From NCBI GenBank assembly GCA_002269645.1, contig NIVC01001115.1:187403-251402 (forward strand): a stretch of 64,000 nucleotides of DNA, given 5' to 3'. The notes below the pieces were generated by a model that saw only the letters and a list, made by a program, of their open reading frames with translations, had not been told where the DNA came from and ran no database searches. The first letter of the stretch is position 1. Each line of letters starts with the position of its first letter. The translations under genes and the position numbers were made by a program. This DNA comes from Macrostomum lignano (Eukaryota). This document shows positions 25,901-40,900 of this stretch, in pieces.

Positions 25901-28900
25901 TCAGGTCAAACATTAAAGAGCCACCATGTCAAACATAAAGGAGCCACTATGTCAAACATTAAAGAGCCACCATGTCGAATATTAAAGAGTCACCATGTCA
26001 AACATAAAAGAGCCACCATGTCAAACATAAAAGAGCCACCATGTCGAACTTTAAAGAGCCACCATGTCAAACATAAAAAAGCCACCATGTTAAACATTAA
26101 AGAGCCAGCATGCCAAACATTAAAGAACCACTTTGTCGAACATTAAAGAGCCACCATGTGGAACATTAAAGAGCTACCATGTCAAACATAAAGGAGCCAC
26201 CATGTCAAACATTAAAGAGCCACCATGTCGAATATTAAAGAGTCACCATGTCAAACATAAAAGAGCCACCATGTCGAACTTTAAAGAGCCACCATGTCAA
26301 ACATAAAAAAGCCACCATTTCGAACATTAAATAGCTACCATATCAAACATCTACGTGACTCCATGTCAAACATAAGAGAGCCGCCATGTCAAACATTAAA
26401 AATCCACCATGTCAATATTAAAGAGCCATCAGGTCAAACATTAAAGAGCCACCATGTCAAACATAAAGGAGCCACTATGTCAAACATTAAAGAGACACCA
26501 TGTCGAATATTAAAGAGTCACCATGTCAAACATAAAAGAGCCACCATGTCAAACATAAAAAAGCCACCATGTTAAACATTAAAGAGCCAGCATGCCAAAC
26601 ATTAAAGAACCACTTTGTCGAACATTAAAGAGCCACCATGTGGAACATTAAAGAGCTACCATGTCAAACATAAAGGAGCCACCATGTCAAACATTAAAGA
26701 GCCACCATGTCGAATATTAAAGAGTCACCATGTCAAACATAAAAGAGCCACCATGTCGAACTTTAAAGAGCCACCATGTCAAACATAAAAATGCCACCAT
26801 GTTAAACATTAAAGAGCCAGCATGCCAAACATTAAAGAACCACTTTGTCGAACATTAAAGAGCCACCATGTGGAACATTAAAGAGCTACCATGTCAAACA
26901 TTAAGGAGCCACCATGTCAAAACATTATTGAGCCACCATGCCAAACATAAAAAGAAGTGTCATACCAAACAAAATGGAACCACTATAAAGCTAAGGAAAT
27001 TGTTGCACTAGCTACTTGTTCTCTTGTGGATGCTTGCTATTTAAGGATGGATACTTGCTATTGGGAGATGCTTGCTCTTCGGGGTAGAGGGAACTTGCTA
27101 TCTGAGAGGGGGTTGCTAGATATCTATAAGGTCTCTTTGTATCCCAGTTTATGCTTGCTATCTGGGGTTGCATGTGGTCTGGGGGATGCTTGCTATCTGG
27201 GGGATGCTTGCAGTCTTGGGGATGCTTGCTATTTGGGGATCGATGCTTGAGTGCTGTCTTGGAATGTTTTTAGAGGGAATGTCTATTGTTTTTTATGAAG
27301 GCTTTTATTTCCCTGTCCATTTATTATTTGTAAAGAAGGATTCTATCCAGATGTCCCCCATCGGGGGGCAAAGATTGCTAGTCCTATATACTAAAAATGG
27401 TCTGTCTGTGTCTATCTATCTATCTATCTATGTGATCGATTAGAGAAAAAATGGCTGGACCGATTTTGTTCGAACTTGCACTGTTCGATCAGAAATTTTC
27501 CCGTGACTGTACATGCATCGTGGCTAAGAAATTGCTCGATGCTAAAGGCATTAAATCCTATATACTAAAAATGAGTTGTCTGTGGGTAGGTAGGTATGCG
27601 ATAGATTTCAGAAAAAATGGCTCAACCGATTTTCTTCAAACTTGTACCATTTGATCAGAAATTTTCCTGGGACGGTACATGCATCTTGGCTAAGAAATTG
27701 CTCTATGATAAAGGGATTAAATATTCGAAAAACATGCTTTTTTGCAAAGGTCAAGCAAAATTTTCGACTTGAAATGCATTGTAAGAATGCTAGAGAAAAA
27801 ACTGACTGGCTGAATTCCGATTGTGATAAAGATTGCATCACAACAAGTTGAAAACAGTGTCGAAGAAATGCACACACGACTTGATTAAAATTGCGTAACC
27901 ATATTGCTAACTTAAATTGAGACTGATACTGGCTGACTGAAAAATTGATTATGTCATAACTTTTTACTTCAATTGACTTGCTGTAAGAATTGAGTTATAA
28001 GGGCCACAATTCACGTTCTCCAATTGAAAAGAGATAGCCAAGATGCGAACAGACTGGAATGCTAATGTAGCGACCTGGGTTCGAATCTTAGTAGTGCAAA
28101 AAGATTTTTTTGTCAAAACACCTTAAAAACACAACAAAACTGCTAAACATAATAGAAGCGCAATGTCAAACATAGAAGAGCCACCATGTCGAACATTAAA
28201 GAGCCACCATGCCAAACATTAAAGAGCCACCATGTCAAACATTAAAGAGCCACCATGTCAAACATAAAAGAGCCACCATGTCGAACATTAAAGAGCCACC
28301 ATATCAAACATACATGTAGAAGAACCACCATGTTAAACATAGAAGAGCCACCATGTCGAACATTAAGGAGCCAACATTTTGAATGTAAAAGAGTTACCAT
28401 GTCAAACAAAAAATAAGCACTATGTCAAACATATACGTGACTCCATGTCAACGATTAAAAAGCCACCATTTCAAACATAGAAGAGCCACCATGTCAAACC
28501 TAAACAAGCCACCACGTCTAACATTTAAGAGCCACCATGTCAAACATTTAAGAGCCGCCGTGTCAAACATAAAAGAGCCACCAGGTTAAACATTAAAGAG
28601 CCACCATGTCAAACATAAAAGAGCCACCATGTCAAACATTAAAAAGCCACCATGTCGAACATAAAAGAGCCACCATGTAGAATATTAAAGAGCCACCATG
28701 AAGAACATTAAAGAGCCACCATGTCAAACATTTAAGAGCCACCATGAAGAACATTTAAGAGCCACCATCTCAAACATATATGTGACTTTATGTCAAACTT
28801 TAAAGAGCCACCATTTCGAACTTTAAATAGCCACTTTGTCAAACACTAGAGAGCCGCCGTGTCAAACATAAAAGAGCCACCAGGTTAAACATTAAAGAGC

Positions 28901-31900
28901 CACCATGTCAAACAATAAAGAGCCACCATGGCGAACATTAAAGAGTTACCATGTCAAACATAAAAGAGCCACCATGTCAGACATTTAAAGCCACCGTATT
29001 GAACATAAAAGAGCCACCATGGCGAACATTAAAGAGCTACCATGTCAAACATTAAAAAGCTATCATGTCAAACACAAAATAGCCACCATGTCAAACATAG
29101 AAGAGACACTATGTCAAACGTATAAGTGACTCCATGTCAAACATTAAAGAGCCACCATGGCGAACATTAAAAAGCCACCATGTCAAACATAAAAGTGCCA
29201 CCATGTCAAAAATTAAAGAGCCACCATGTCGAACATTAAAGAGCCACCATAGCAAACATTAAAGAGCCACCCTGTAAAACATAAAAGAGCCACCATGTCA
29301 AACATTAAAGAGCCACCATTGCGAACATTAAAGGGCCACCATGTCAAACATAAAAGAGCCACCATGTCAAACATAAAAGAGCCACCATGTCAAACATTAA
29401 AGAGCCACCATGGCGAACATTTAAGAGCCACCATGCCAAACATAAAAGAGCCACCATGTCAAACATAAAAAAGCCACCATGTCAAACATTAAAGAGCCAC
29501 CATGGCGAACATTAAAGAGCCACCATGTAAAACATTAAAGAGCCACCATGTCAGACATTAAAGAGCCACCATGCCAAATATAAAAGAGCCACCATGCCAA
29601 ACATTTAAGAGCCACCATGTCAAACATTTAAGAGCCACCATGCCAAACATAAAAGAGCAACGATGTCAAACATAAAAGAGCCACCATGCCAAACATAAAA
29701 GAGCAACAATGTCAAACATAAAAGAGCCACCATGTCAAACATAAAAGTGCCATTATGTCAAAAATATACGTGATTCCATGTCAAACATTAAAGAGCCACC
29801 ATGTCAAACATTAAAGAGCTATCATGTCAAACACAGAATAGCCACCATGTAAAACATAAAAGAGACACTGTCAAACGTATACGTGACTCCATGTCAAACA
29901 CAGAATAGCCATTATGTAAAACATAGAAGAGACACTATGTCAAACGTATACGTGACTCTATGTCAAACACTAAAGAGCCACCATGGCGAACATTAAAGAG
30001 CCACCATGTCAAACATAAAAGTGCCACCATGTCAAACATAAAAGTGCCACCATGTCAAACATTAAAGAGCCACCATGGCAAACATTAAAGAGTTACCATG
30101 TCAAACATAAAAGAGCCACCATGTCAAACATTAAAGAGCCACCATGGCGAACATTAAAGAGCGACCATGTCGAATATTAAAGGGCCACCGTGTCAAACAT
30201 TAAAGAGCCACCATGTCGAATATTAAAGGGCCACCGTGTCAAACATTAAAGAGCCACCATGTCAAACATTAAAGAGCCATCATGTCAAACATAAAAAAAC
30301 TATCATGTCAAACACAAAGGAGCTACCATGTCAAACATAGAAGAGCCACCATGTCAAACATTAAAGAGCCACCATGTCAAACATATATGTGACTTTATGT
30401 CAAACTGTAAAGAGCCACCATTTCGAACATTAAATAGCCACTTTGTCAAACATTAGAGAGCCGCCGTGTCAAACATAAAAGAGCCACCAGGTTAAACATT
30501 AAAGAGCCACCATGTCAAACACAGAATAGCCACCATGTAAAACATAGAAGAGACACTATGTCAAACGTATACATGACTCCATGTCAAACATTACAGAGCA
30601 GCCATGGCGAACATTAAAGAGCCACCATGTCAAAAATAAAAGAGCTACCATGTCAAACACTAAAGAGCCACCATGGCGAACATTAAAAAGCCACCATGTC
30701 AAACATAAAAGTGCCACCATGTCAAACATTAAAGAGCCACCATGGCGAACATTAAAGAGCCACCATGTCAAACATTAAAGAGCCACCATGTAAAATATAA
30801 AAGAGCCACCTTGTCAAACATTAAAGAGCCATCATGTCAAACATAAAAGAGCCATCATGTGAAACATTAAAGAGCTATCATGTCAAACACAAAAGAGCTA
30901 CCATGTCAAACATAGAAGAGCTACCATGTCAAACATTAAAGAGCCACCTTTTTAAACAAAAAAGAGACCCTATTTCAAACATAAAAGAAGTGTCATGCCA
31001 AACAAAATGGAACCATTATAAAGCTAAGGAAATTGTTGCACTAGCAACTTGTTCTCTGGTGGATGCTTGCTTTTTAAGGATGGATACTTGCTTACAGGGG
31101 GATGCTTGCTCTTGTGGGTGGAGGGTACTTGCTATCTGAGAGGGGGTTGCTAGATATCTATAAGGTATCTTTGTATCCAGGTTATGCTTGCTATCAGGGG
31201 TTGCTTGCTGTCTGGGGATGCTTGCGATCTGGGGGATGCTTGCGAACTGGGGATGCTTGCTATATGGGGTCTGAGGGAATGCTTGCTATCTGCGGGATGC
31301 TTGCTATCTGGCGGTGCTTGCTATCGGGGAATGCTTGCTATCTGGGGAATGCTTGCTATCTGGGGAATGCTTGCTATCTGGGGATGCTTGCTATCTGGGG
31401 GATGCTTGGGGGATGCTTGCAGTCTGGGGGATGCTTGCTATTTGGGGATCGATGCTTGAATGCTTTCTGAGGATGCTTGCTGTCTTGGGATGTTTTGTTT
31501 TTAGAGGGAATGTCTGTTGTTGTTTCTTGAAGGTTTTATTTCGCTGTCTATTTGTTATTTGTAAAGAACAAGGATTCTATCCAGATGTCCCCCATCGGGG
31601 GGCGAAGATTGCTAGTCCTATATACTAAAAATGAGTTGTCTGTATGTATGTATGTGGGTAGGTATGCGATAGATTTCAGAAAAATTGGCTCAACCGATTT
31701 TCTTCAAACTTGCACCATTCGATCAGAAATTTTCCTGGGACGGTACATGCATCTTGGCTAAGAAATTGCTCAATTCTAAAGGGATTAAATATTCGAAAAA
31801 CATGCTTTTTTGCAAAGGTCAAGCAAAATTTTCGACTTGAAATGCATTGTAAGAATGCTAGAGAAAAAACTGACTGACTGAATTTCAATTCTGATAAAGA

Positions 31901-34900
31901 TTGCATCACAACAAGTTGAAAACAGTGTCGAAGAAATGCACACACGACCTGATTTAAATTGCGTAACCAATATTGCTAACTTGAACTGAGACTGATACTG
32001 GCTGACTGAGAAATTGATTATGTCATAACTTTTTACTTTAATTGACTTGCTGTAAGAATTGAATTATAAGGGCCACAATTCATGTTCTCCAATTGAAAAA
32101 AGATAGCCCTGATGCGAACAGACTGGAATGCTAATGTAGCGACCTGGGTTCGAATCTTAGTAGTGCAAAAAAGATTTTTTTTATTAAAACACCTTAAAAA
32201 CACGAAACTGCTAAACATAAAAGAAGCGCAATGTCAAACATAGAAGAGCCACCATGTCGAACATTAAAGAGCCAACATGTCAAACATAAAAGAGCCACCA
32301 TGTCAAACCTAAACGAGCCACCATGTCTAATATTTAAGAGGCACCATGTAAAACATATAAGTGACTTTATATCAACATAAAAGAGCCACCATTTCAAACA
32401 TTAAACAGCCACCATTTCGAACATTAAAGAGCCACCATGTCGAACATAAAAGAGCCACTTTTTCGAACATTAAAGAGCCACCATTTCGAACATTAAAGAG
32501 CCACCATGTCGACCATAAAAGAGCCACTATTTCGAACATCAAAGAGCCACTATGTCAAACATAAAAGAGCCAACATGTCAGACATAAAAGAGCCAACATG
32601 TCAAACATTTAGGAGCCACCATGTCAAACATAAATGTGACTTTGTGTCAAACATTAAAGAGCCACCATTTCGAACATTAAAGAGCCACTATTTCGAACAT
32701 TAAAGAGCCACCATGTCAAACATGAAAGAGCTATAACATGAAGAATATTAAAGAGCCACCATGTCGAACATAACAGAGCTACCATGTCAAACATTAAAGA
32801 GAAAAAATGTCAAACATTCAAAAGCCACATTTTCAAACATTAAAGAGCCATTATGTCGTACATTAAAGAGCCACCATTTCGAACATTAAAGAGCCACCAT
32901 GTCGAACATAAAAGAGCCACTATTTTGAACAATAAAAAGCCACCATTTCGAACATTAAAGAGCCACCATGTCGAACATAAAAGAGCCACCATGTCAATCA
33001 TTAAAGAGCCACCATGTCAAACATAAAAGAGCCACCATTTTGAACATTAAAGAGCCACTATGTCAAACATAAAAGAGCCAACATGTCAGACATTAAAAAA
33101 GCCACCGTATCAGATATAAAAGAGTTACCATGTAGAACAAAAAAGAGCCACCATTTCAACAAAAAAGAGCCACCATGTCAAACATGAAAGAGCCACCATG
33201 TCAAACACAAAAGAGCCAACATGTCAAACATAAAGAGCCACCATATCAAACATTTAAGAGCCACCCTGTCGAATATCAAAGAGCAACCATGTCGAACATT
33301 AAAGAGCCACCATGTCTAACATTAAAAGTCACCATGTTAAACATTAGAGAGCCACCATATCAAGCATAAAAGAGCCACCATGTCAAACCAAAAAGAGCCA
33401 CCATGTCGAAAATTTAAGAGCCAAAATGTAGAATATAAAAGAGCCACCATGTCAAACCTAAAAGAGCCACCATGTCGAACACTTAAGAGCCACAATGTAA
33501 AATATTAAAGAGCCACTATTTCGAACATATAAGTGACTTTATGTCAAACATTAAAGAGCCACCATGTAAAACAAAAGAGCCACCATGTTAAACATAAAAG
33601 AGCCACCATGTAGAATATTAAAGAGCCACTATGTTGAACATTAAACAGCCACCATGTCAAACCTAAAAGAGCTACCATGTCAACATAAAAGAGCTACCAT
33701 GTCAAACATTAAACAGCCACCATGTCAAACCTAAAAGAGCTACCATGTCAACATAAAAGAGCTACCATGTCAAACATTAAACAGCCATCATGTCAAACCT
33801 AAAAGATCCACCATTTCGAACACTTAAGAGCCACAATGTAGAATATTAAAGAGCCACCATGTCAAACAAAAGAGCCACCATTTCTAACATTAAAGAGCCA
33901 CCATGTCAAACATTTAAGAGCCACCATGTCGAACATAAAAGAGCTATACCATGAAGAACATTAAGAACACTTTGTCGATCATTAAAGAGCCACTATGTCA
34001 AACAATAAAGAGCCACCATGTCAAACATTTAAGAGCCACCATGTCAATTATATATGTGTCTTTATGTCATACATTAAAGAGCCACCATTTCGAACATTAA
34101 GGAGCCACCATGTCAAACATTTAAAAGCCACCTTGTCAAACATTAAATAGCCACTTTGTCGAACATTAAAGGGCCACTGTGTCAAACATAAAAGAGCCAC
34201 CATGTCAGACATTAAAAAGCCATCGTTTCAAACATAAAAGAGTTGCCATGTAGAACATAAAAGAGCCACCATGTCAAACATAAAATTTACACATTTTCAA
34301 ACGTAAAAGTAAGCGAATTTTAAAGGAGCCACTATAATGCTAAGGAAATTGTCGCACTAGCTACTTATTGTCTGGTGGATGCTTGCTATTTGGGGATGCT
34401 ATCTATGTAGGGGATGCTTGCTATCTGGGGAATGCTTGCTATCTGGGGGATGCTTGCTATCTGGGGGATGCTTGCTATCTGGGGGATGCTTGCTATCTTG
34501 GGGATACTTGCTATCTGGGGGATGCTTGCTATCTGGGGGATGCTTGCTATCTGGGGGATGCTTGTTATCTGGGGGATGCTTGCTATCTGGGGGATGCTTG
34601 CTATCTGAGGGATGCTTGCTATCTGGGGGATGCTTGCTATCTGGGGGATGGTTGCTATCTAGGGGATGCTTGCTATCTGGGGGATGCTTGCTATCTGGGG
34701 GATGCTTGCTATCCGGGGGTTGCTTGCAATCCGGAGGATGCTTGCTATCTGGGGGATGCTTGCTATCTGGGGGATGCTTGCTATCTTGGGGATGCTTGCT
34801 ATCTGGGGATGCTTGCTATCTGGGGGATGCTTGCTATCTGAGGGATGCTTGCTATCTGGGGGATGCTTGCTATCCGGGGGTTGCTTGCAATCTGGAGGAT

Positions 34901-37900
34901 GCTTGCTATCTGGGGGATGCTTGCTATCTGGGGGATGCTTGCTATCTGGGGGATGCTTGCTATCTGGGGGATGCTTGCTATCTGGGGGATGCTTGCTATC
35001 TGGGGGATGCTTGCTATCCGGGGGTTGCTTGCAATCCGGAGGATGCTTGCTATCTGGGGGATGCTTGCTATCTGGGGGATGCTTGCTATCTTGGGGATGC
35101 TTGCTATCTGGGGGATGCTTGCTATCTGGGGGATGCTTGCTATCTGAGGGATGCTTGCTATCTGGGGGATGCTTGCTATCCGGGGGTTGCTTGCAATCTG
35201 GAGGATGCTTGCTATCTGGGGGATGCTTGCTATCTGGGGATGCTTGCTATCTGGGGGATGCTTGCTATCTGGGGGATGCTTGCTATCTGGGGGATGCTTG
35301 CTATCTGGGGGATGCTTGCTATCTGGGGGATGCTTGCTATCCGGGGGTTGCTTGCAATCTGGAGGATGCTTGCTATCTGGGGGATGCTTGCTGTCTTGGA
35401 ATGATTTCTTTTTGCATTGCACTTCCTTTGAGTATTTTGTCTGTTTTCTTTGCGAAGGCTTTTTTTGGCTATATTTTTGTTACTTGTAGAGAACAGAGGT
35501 TCTATACAGATGTCCCCCAACGGGGGGCGAAGATTGCTAGTCCTATATACTAAAAATGGTCTGTCTGTGTCTATCTATCTATCTATCTATGTGATCGATT
35601 AGAGAAAAAATGGCTGGACCGATTTTGTTCGAACTTGCACTGTTCGATCAGAAATTTTCCCGTGACTGTACATGCATCGTGGCTAAGAAATTGCTCGATG
35701 CTAAAGGCATTAAATATTCGAAAAACATGCTTTTTTGCAAAGGTCAAGCAAAGTTTTCGACTTGAAATGCATTGTAAGAATGCTAGAGAAAAAACTGACT
35801 GGTTGAATTCTGATTCTGAAATAGATTGCATCATAACTGAATTGTAACTCCGACTTGAATTGAAAATGCAGTTTGGAAGCGTAGCACCAGACTTGATTTA
35901 AATTGCGTAACCATGCATATTGTTAACTGATACTGACTGACTGAGAAATTGATTATGTCATAACTGCTTCGTGTGATTTACTCTATGCTTGGATTTTAAA
36001 GTGTTGAATTATATAAGTGCAAAATTTGATGTTATCAAAACGATGAGAGCTAGCCTAGAGGTGAACAAACTGAACTGCTAAATGCAGCAACGATGGTTCG
36101 AATTTTCATAGAGTATAATTTTTTTAATAAAAGCTTTTCAACGTCAGGAAAACTAAAAGACTTTTTAAAAAGAAGCGTCATGTAAAAATCATAGAAGCGT
36201 CATGTAAAAAATCATAGAAGCGTCATATAAACAATCATAGAAGCGTCATGTAAAAAATCATAGAAGCGTCATGTAAACAATCATGGAAGCGTCATGTAAA
36301 CAATCATAGAAGCGTCATGTAAAAAATCATAGAAGCGTCATGTAAAAAATCATAGAAGCGTCATGTAAACAATCATAGAAGCGTCATGTAAACAATCATA
36401 GAAGCGTCATGTAAACAATCATAGAAGCGTCATGTAAACAATCATAGAAGCGTCATGTAAACAATCATAGAAGCGTCATGTAAACAATCATAGAAGCGTC
36501 ATGTAAACAATCATAGAAGCGTCATGTAAACAATCATAGAAGCGTCATGTAAAAAATCGTAGAAGCGTCATATAAAAATCATAGAAGCGTCATGTAAACA
36601 ATCATAGAAGCGTCATGTAAAAAATCATAAAAGCGTCAAATAAAAATCATAGAAACGTCATTTAAAAAATCATAGAAGCGTCAATATGTAAACAATCATA
36701 GAAGCGTCATGTAAAAAATCGTAGAAGCGTCATATAAAAATCATAGAAGCGCCATTTAAAAAATCATAGAAGCGTCATGTAAAAAATCATAAGAAGCGTC
36801 ATGTAAACAATCATAGAAGCGTCATATAAAAATCATAGAAGCGTCATATAAAATATCATAGAAGCGTCATGTAAACAATCATAGAAGCGTCATGTAAACA
36901 ATCATAGAAGCGTCATGTAAAAAATCATAGAAGCGTCATGTAAACAATCATGGAAGCGTCATGTAAACAATCATAGAAGCGTCATGTAAACAATCATAGA
37001 AGCGTCATGTAAAAAATCGTAGAAGCGTCATATAAAAATCATAGAAGCGTCATTTTAAAAATCATAGAAGTGTCATGTAAAAAATCATAAAAGCGTCAAA
37101 TAAAAATTATAGAAGCGTCATTTAAAAAATCATAGAAGCGTCAATATGTAAACAATCATAGAAGCGTCATGTAAAAAATCGTAGAAGCGTCATATAAAAA
37201 TCATAGAAGCGCCATTTAAAAAATCATAGAAGCGTCATGTAAAAAATCATAAGAAGCGTCATGTAAACAATCATAGAAGCGTCATATAAAAATATCATAG
37301 AAGCGTCATGTAAACAATCATAGAAGCGTCATTTAAAAAATCATAGAAGCGTCATGTAAAAAATCATAGAAGCGTCAAATAAAAATCATAGAAGCGTCAT
37401 TTAAAAAATCATAGAAGCGTCAATATGTAAACAATCATAGAAGCGTCATGTAAACAATCATAGAAGCGTCATGTAAACAATCATAGAAGCGTCATGTAAA
37501 CAATCATAGAAGCGTCATGTAAACAATCATAGAAGCGTCATGTAAACAATCATAGAAGCGTCATGTAAACAATCATAGAAGCGTCATATAAAATATCATA
37601 GAAGCGTCATGTAAACAATCATAGAAGCGTCATGTAAACAATCATAGAAGCGTCATTTAAACAATCATAGAAGCGTCATGTAAAAAATCGTAGCAGCGTC
37701 ATGAAAAAATCATAGAAGCGTCATTTAAAAAATCATAGAAGCGTCATGTAAACAATCATAGAAGCGCCATGTAAACAATCATAGAAGCGTCATGAAAAAA
37801 TCATAGAAGCGTCATGTAAACAATCATAGAAGCGTCATGTAAAAAATCATAGAAGCGTCATGTAAACAATCATAGAAGCGTCATGTAAACAATCATAGAA

Positions 37901-40900
37901 GCGTCATGTAAACAATCATAGAAGCGTCATGTAAAAATCATAGAAGCGTCATGTAAACAATCATAGAAGCGCCATGTAAACAATCATAGAAGCGTCATTT
38001 AAAAAATCATAGAAGCGTCATGTAAACAATCATAGAAGCGTCATGTAAACAATCATAGAAGCGTCATGCAAACAATCATAGAAGCGTCATGTAAACAATC
38101 ATAGAAGCGCCATGTAAACAATCATAGAAGCGTCATGTAAACAATCATAAAAGCGTTATTTAAAAAAAATCATAGAAGCGTCATATTAAAATCATAGAAG
38201 CGTCATTTAAAAAGTCATAGAAGCGTCATATAAAAATCATAGAAGCGTCATATAAAATATCATAGAAGCGTCATGTAAACAATCATAGAAGCGTAATTTA
38301 AAAAATCATAGAAGCGTCATGTAAAAAATCATAGAAGCGCTATGTAAACAATCATAGAAGCGTCATGTAAACAATCATAGAAGCGTCATGTAAAAATCAT
38401 AGAAGCGTCATGTAAACAATCATAGAAGCGTCATTTAAAAAATCATAGAAGCGTCATGAAAAAATCATAGAAGCGTCATGTAAACAATCATAGAAGCGTC
38501 AGGTGAAAAATCATCGAAGCGTCATCTTAAAAATCGTAGAAGCGTCATGTAAGAAATCATAGAAGCGTCATGTAAAAATCATAGAAGCGTCATGAAAAAA
38601 TCATAGAAGCCTCATTTAAAAAGTAATGAAAGTGTCATTTAAAATATTAAGAAGCATCATGGTAGAATAAAAGAAGCGTCATGTCAGACATGAAGGGTGT
38701 CATGTAAAAATTAAATGAAGCTATAATGCTGTGCTGGGGAGAATTACTGAGATGTCAAGGCTCTCAGAGAATAACTTAGATTACGGGGGGGGGGGGTTTC
38801 TGAGATGTCAAAGCAATAGTCAGAGGCTATTTCAAAGTTCATGTACTTTACTCAATTTTTTATTGCATTCTTTGTTGGCTCGCCACGGGGGGGGCGCTGA
38901 TAAAAAAGCGTAATGTAAAAAATAAAAGAAGCTTCATGTCGAAGTTAAGAGATTCATTTGGGAATCCCTACGATGTCGAGGCTTGCAGGGAATCGCTATA
39001 ATGCTGTAGTAGTGCTATAATGACTCTCAGAGAGAATTACCGAAATTTCAATGCTTTAGGGTTAGGTTAGGGTTAGGGTTAGGCTAGGGTTAGGGTTAGG
39101 CTAGGGTTAGGGTTAGAAGGTTGACAGATATTTTTAGATTTCCAAGGCTTATTGGGGGCATTGCTGAGATGTCAATGGGGGAAGTTGATATGTTAAAGCT
39201 TGTGGGGGGGAGTTATTGACATGTCAAGGCTTACAAGGTTTGACAGGAGATTTTTTAAGATTTCAAGGAAATATGTAGCTTATTAAAAAACGTGTATTGC
39301 ATTTCTTTGGCTCCCCAACGGGGGGCGTAGATTGCTAGTCCTATATACTAAAAATGAGTTGTTTGTTTGTACGCAATCGATTAGAGAAAAAATGGCTGGA
39401 CCGATTTTCATGAGACTTGCACTGTTCGATCAGAAATTTTCCTGGGACGGTACATGCATCTTGGCTAAGAAATTGCTCCATGTTAAAGCGATTAAATATT
39501 CGAAAAACATGCTTTTTTGCAAAGGTCAAGCAAACTTTTCGACTTGAAATGCATTGTAAGAATGCTAGAGAAAAAACTGACTGGTTGAATTCTGATTCTG
39601 AAATAGATTGCATCATTACTGAATTGTAACTCCGACTTGAATTGAAAATGTAGTGTGGAAGCGTAGCACCAGACTTGATTTAAATTGCGTAACCATATTG
39701 TTAACTGATACTGACTGACTGAGAAACTGATTATGTCATAACTGCTTCGTGTGATTTACTCTATGCTTGGATTTTAAAGTGTTGAATTATATAAGTGCAA
39801 AATTTGATGTTATCAAAACGATGAGAGCTAGCCTAGAGGTGAACAAGCTGAACTGCCAAATGCAGCGACGATGGTTCGAATTTTCATAGAGTATAATTTT
39901 TTTAATTAAAGCTTTTCAACTTCAGGAAAACTAAAAGACTTTTTAAAAAGAAGCGTCATGTAAAAAATCATAGAAGTGTCATGTAAACAATCATAGAAGC
40001 GCCATGTAAAAAATCGTAAAAGCGTTATATAAAAATCATAGAAGCGTAATGTAAAAATTCATAGAAGCGTCATGTAAACAATCATAGAAGCGTCATGAAA
40101 AAATCATAGAAGCGTCATGTAAAAAATCATAGAAGCGTCATGTAAACAATCATAGAATCGCCATGTAAAAATCGTAAAAGCGTTATATAAAAATCATGGA
40201 AGTGTAATGTAAAAAATCATAGAAGCGTCATGTAAACAATCATAGAAGCGCCATGTAAACAATCATAGAAGCGCCATGTAAAAAATCGTAAAAGCGTTAT
40301 ATAAAAATCATAGAAGCGTCATAAAAAATCATCGAAGTGACATGAAAAAATCATAGAAGCGTCATGTAAACAATCATAGAAGCGTCATGAAAAAATCATA
40401 GAAGCGTCATGTAAAAAATCATAGAAGCGTCATGTAAACAATCATAGAAGCGTCATGTAAAAAATCATAGAAGCGTCATGAAAAAATCATAGAAGCGTCA
40501 TGTAAAAAATCATAGAAGCGTCATGTAAACAATCATAGAATCGCCATGTAAAAATCGTAAAAGCGTTATATAAAAATCATGGAAGTGTAATGTAAAAAAT
40601 CATAGAAGCGTCATGTAAACAATCATAGAAGCGTCATGTAAAAAATCATAGAAGCGTCATGAAAAAATCATAGAAGCGTCATGTAAAAAATCATAGAAGC
40701 GTCATGTAAACAATCATAGAATCGCCATGTAAAAATCGTAAAAGCGTTATATAAAAATCATGGAAGTGTAATGTAAAAAATCATAGAAGCGTCATGTAAA
40801 CAATCATAGAAGCGTCATGTAAAAAATCATAGAAGTGTCATGTAAACAATCATAGAAGCGCCATGTAAAAAATCGTAAAAGCGTTATATAAAAATCATAG

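Noticed and set aside
27608-27877. Recurrent 70-90-aa ORFs (MCAFLRHCFQ.., MHCSIRNFP..) at several loci
   Set aside because: They recur because they fall in the conserved Helitron 5' module; stops and starts vary between copies and no Rep or helicase motifs were seen.
28150-30950. CRISPR-like regular repeat arrays (also 36170-45990, 49430-51790)
   Set aside because: Monomers are contiguous without unique spacers, there are no cas genes, and the context is eukaryotic.
21676-33369. His/Lys-rich ORFs (KSHHVKH...) suggestive of zinc fingers or histones
   Set aside because: Translations of the ccaccatgtcaaacat satellite; no C2H2 spacing or histone fold.
34368-35553. Cys/Gly-rich ORFs (GDACYL, MLAIWG repeats)
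   Set aside because: Products of the 19-20-bp Helitron-internal array, with frames shifting at unit-length variants.
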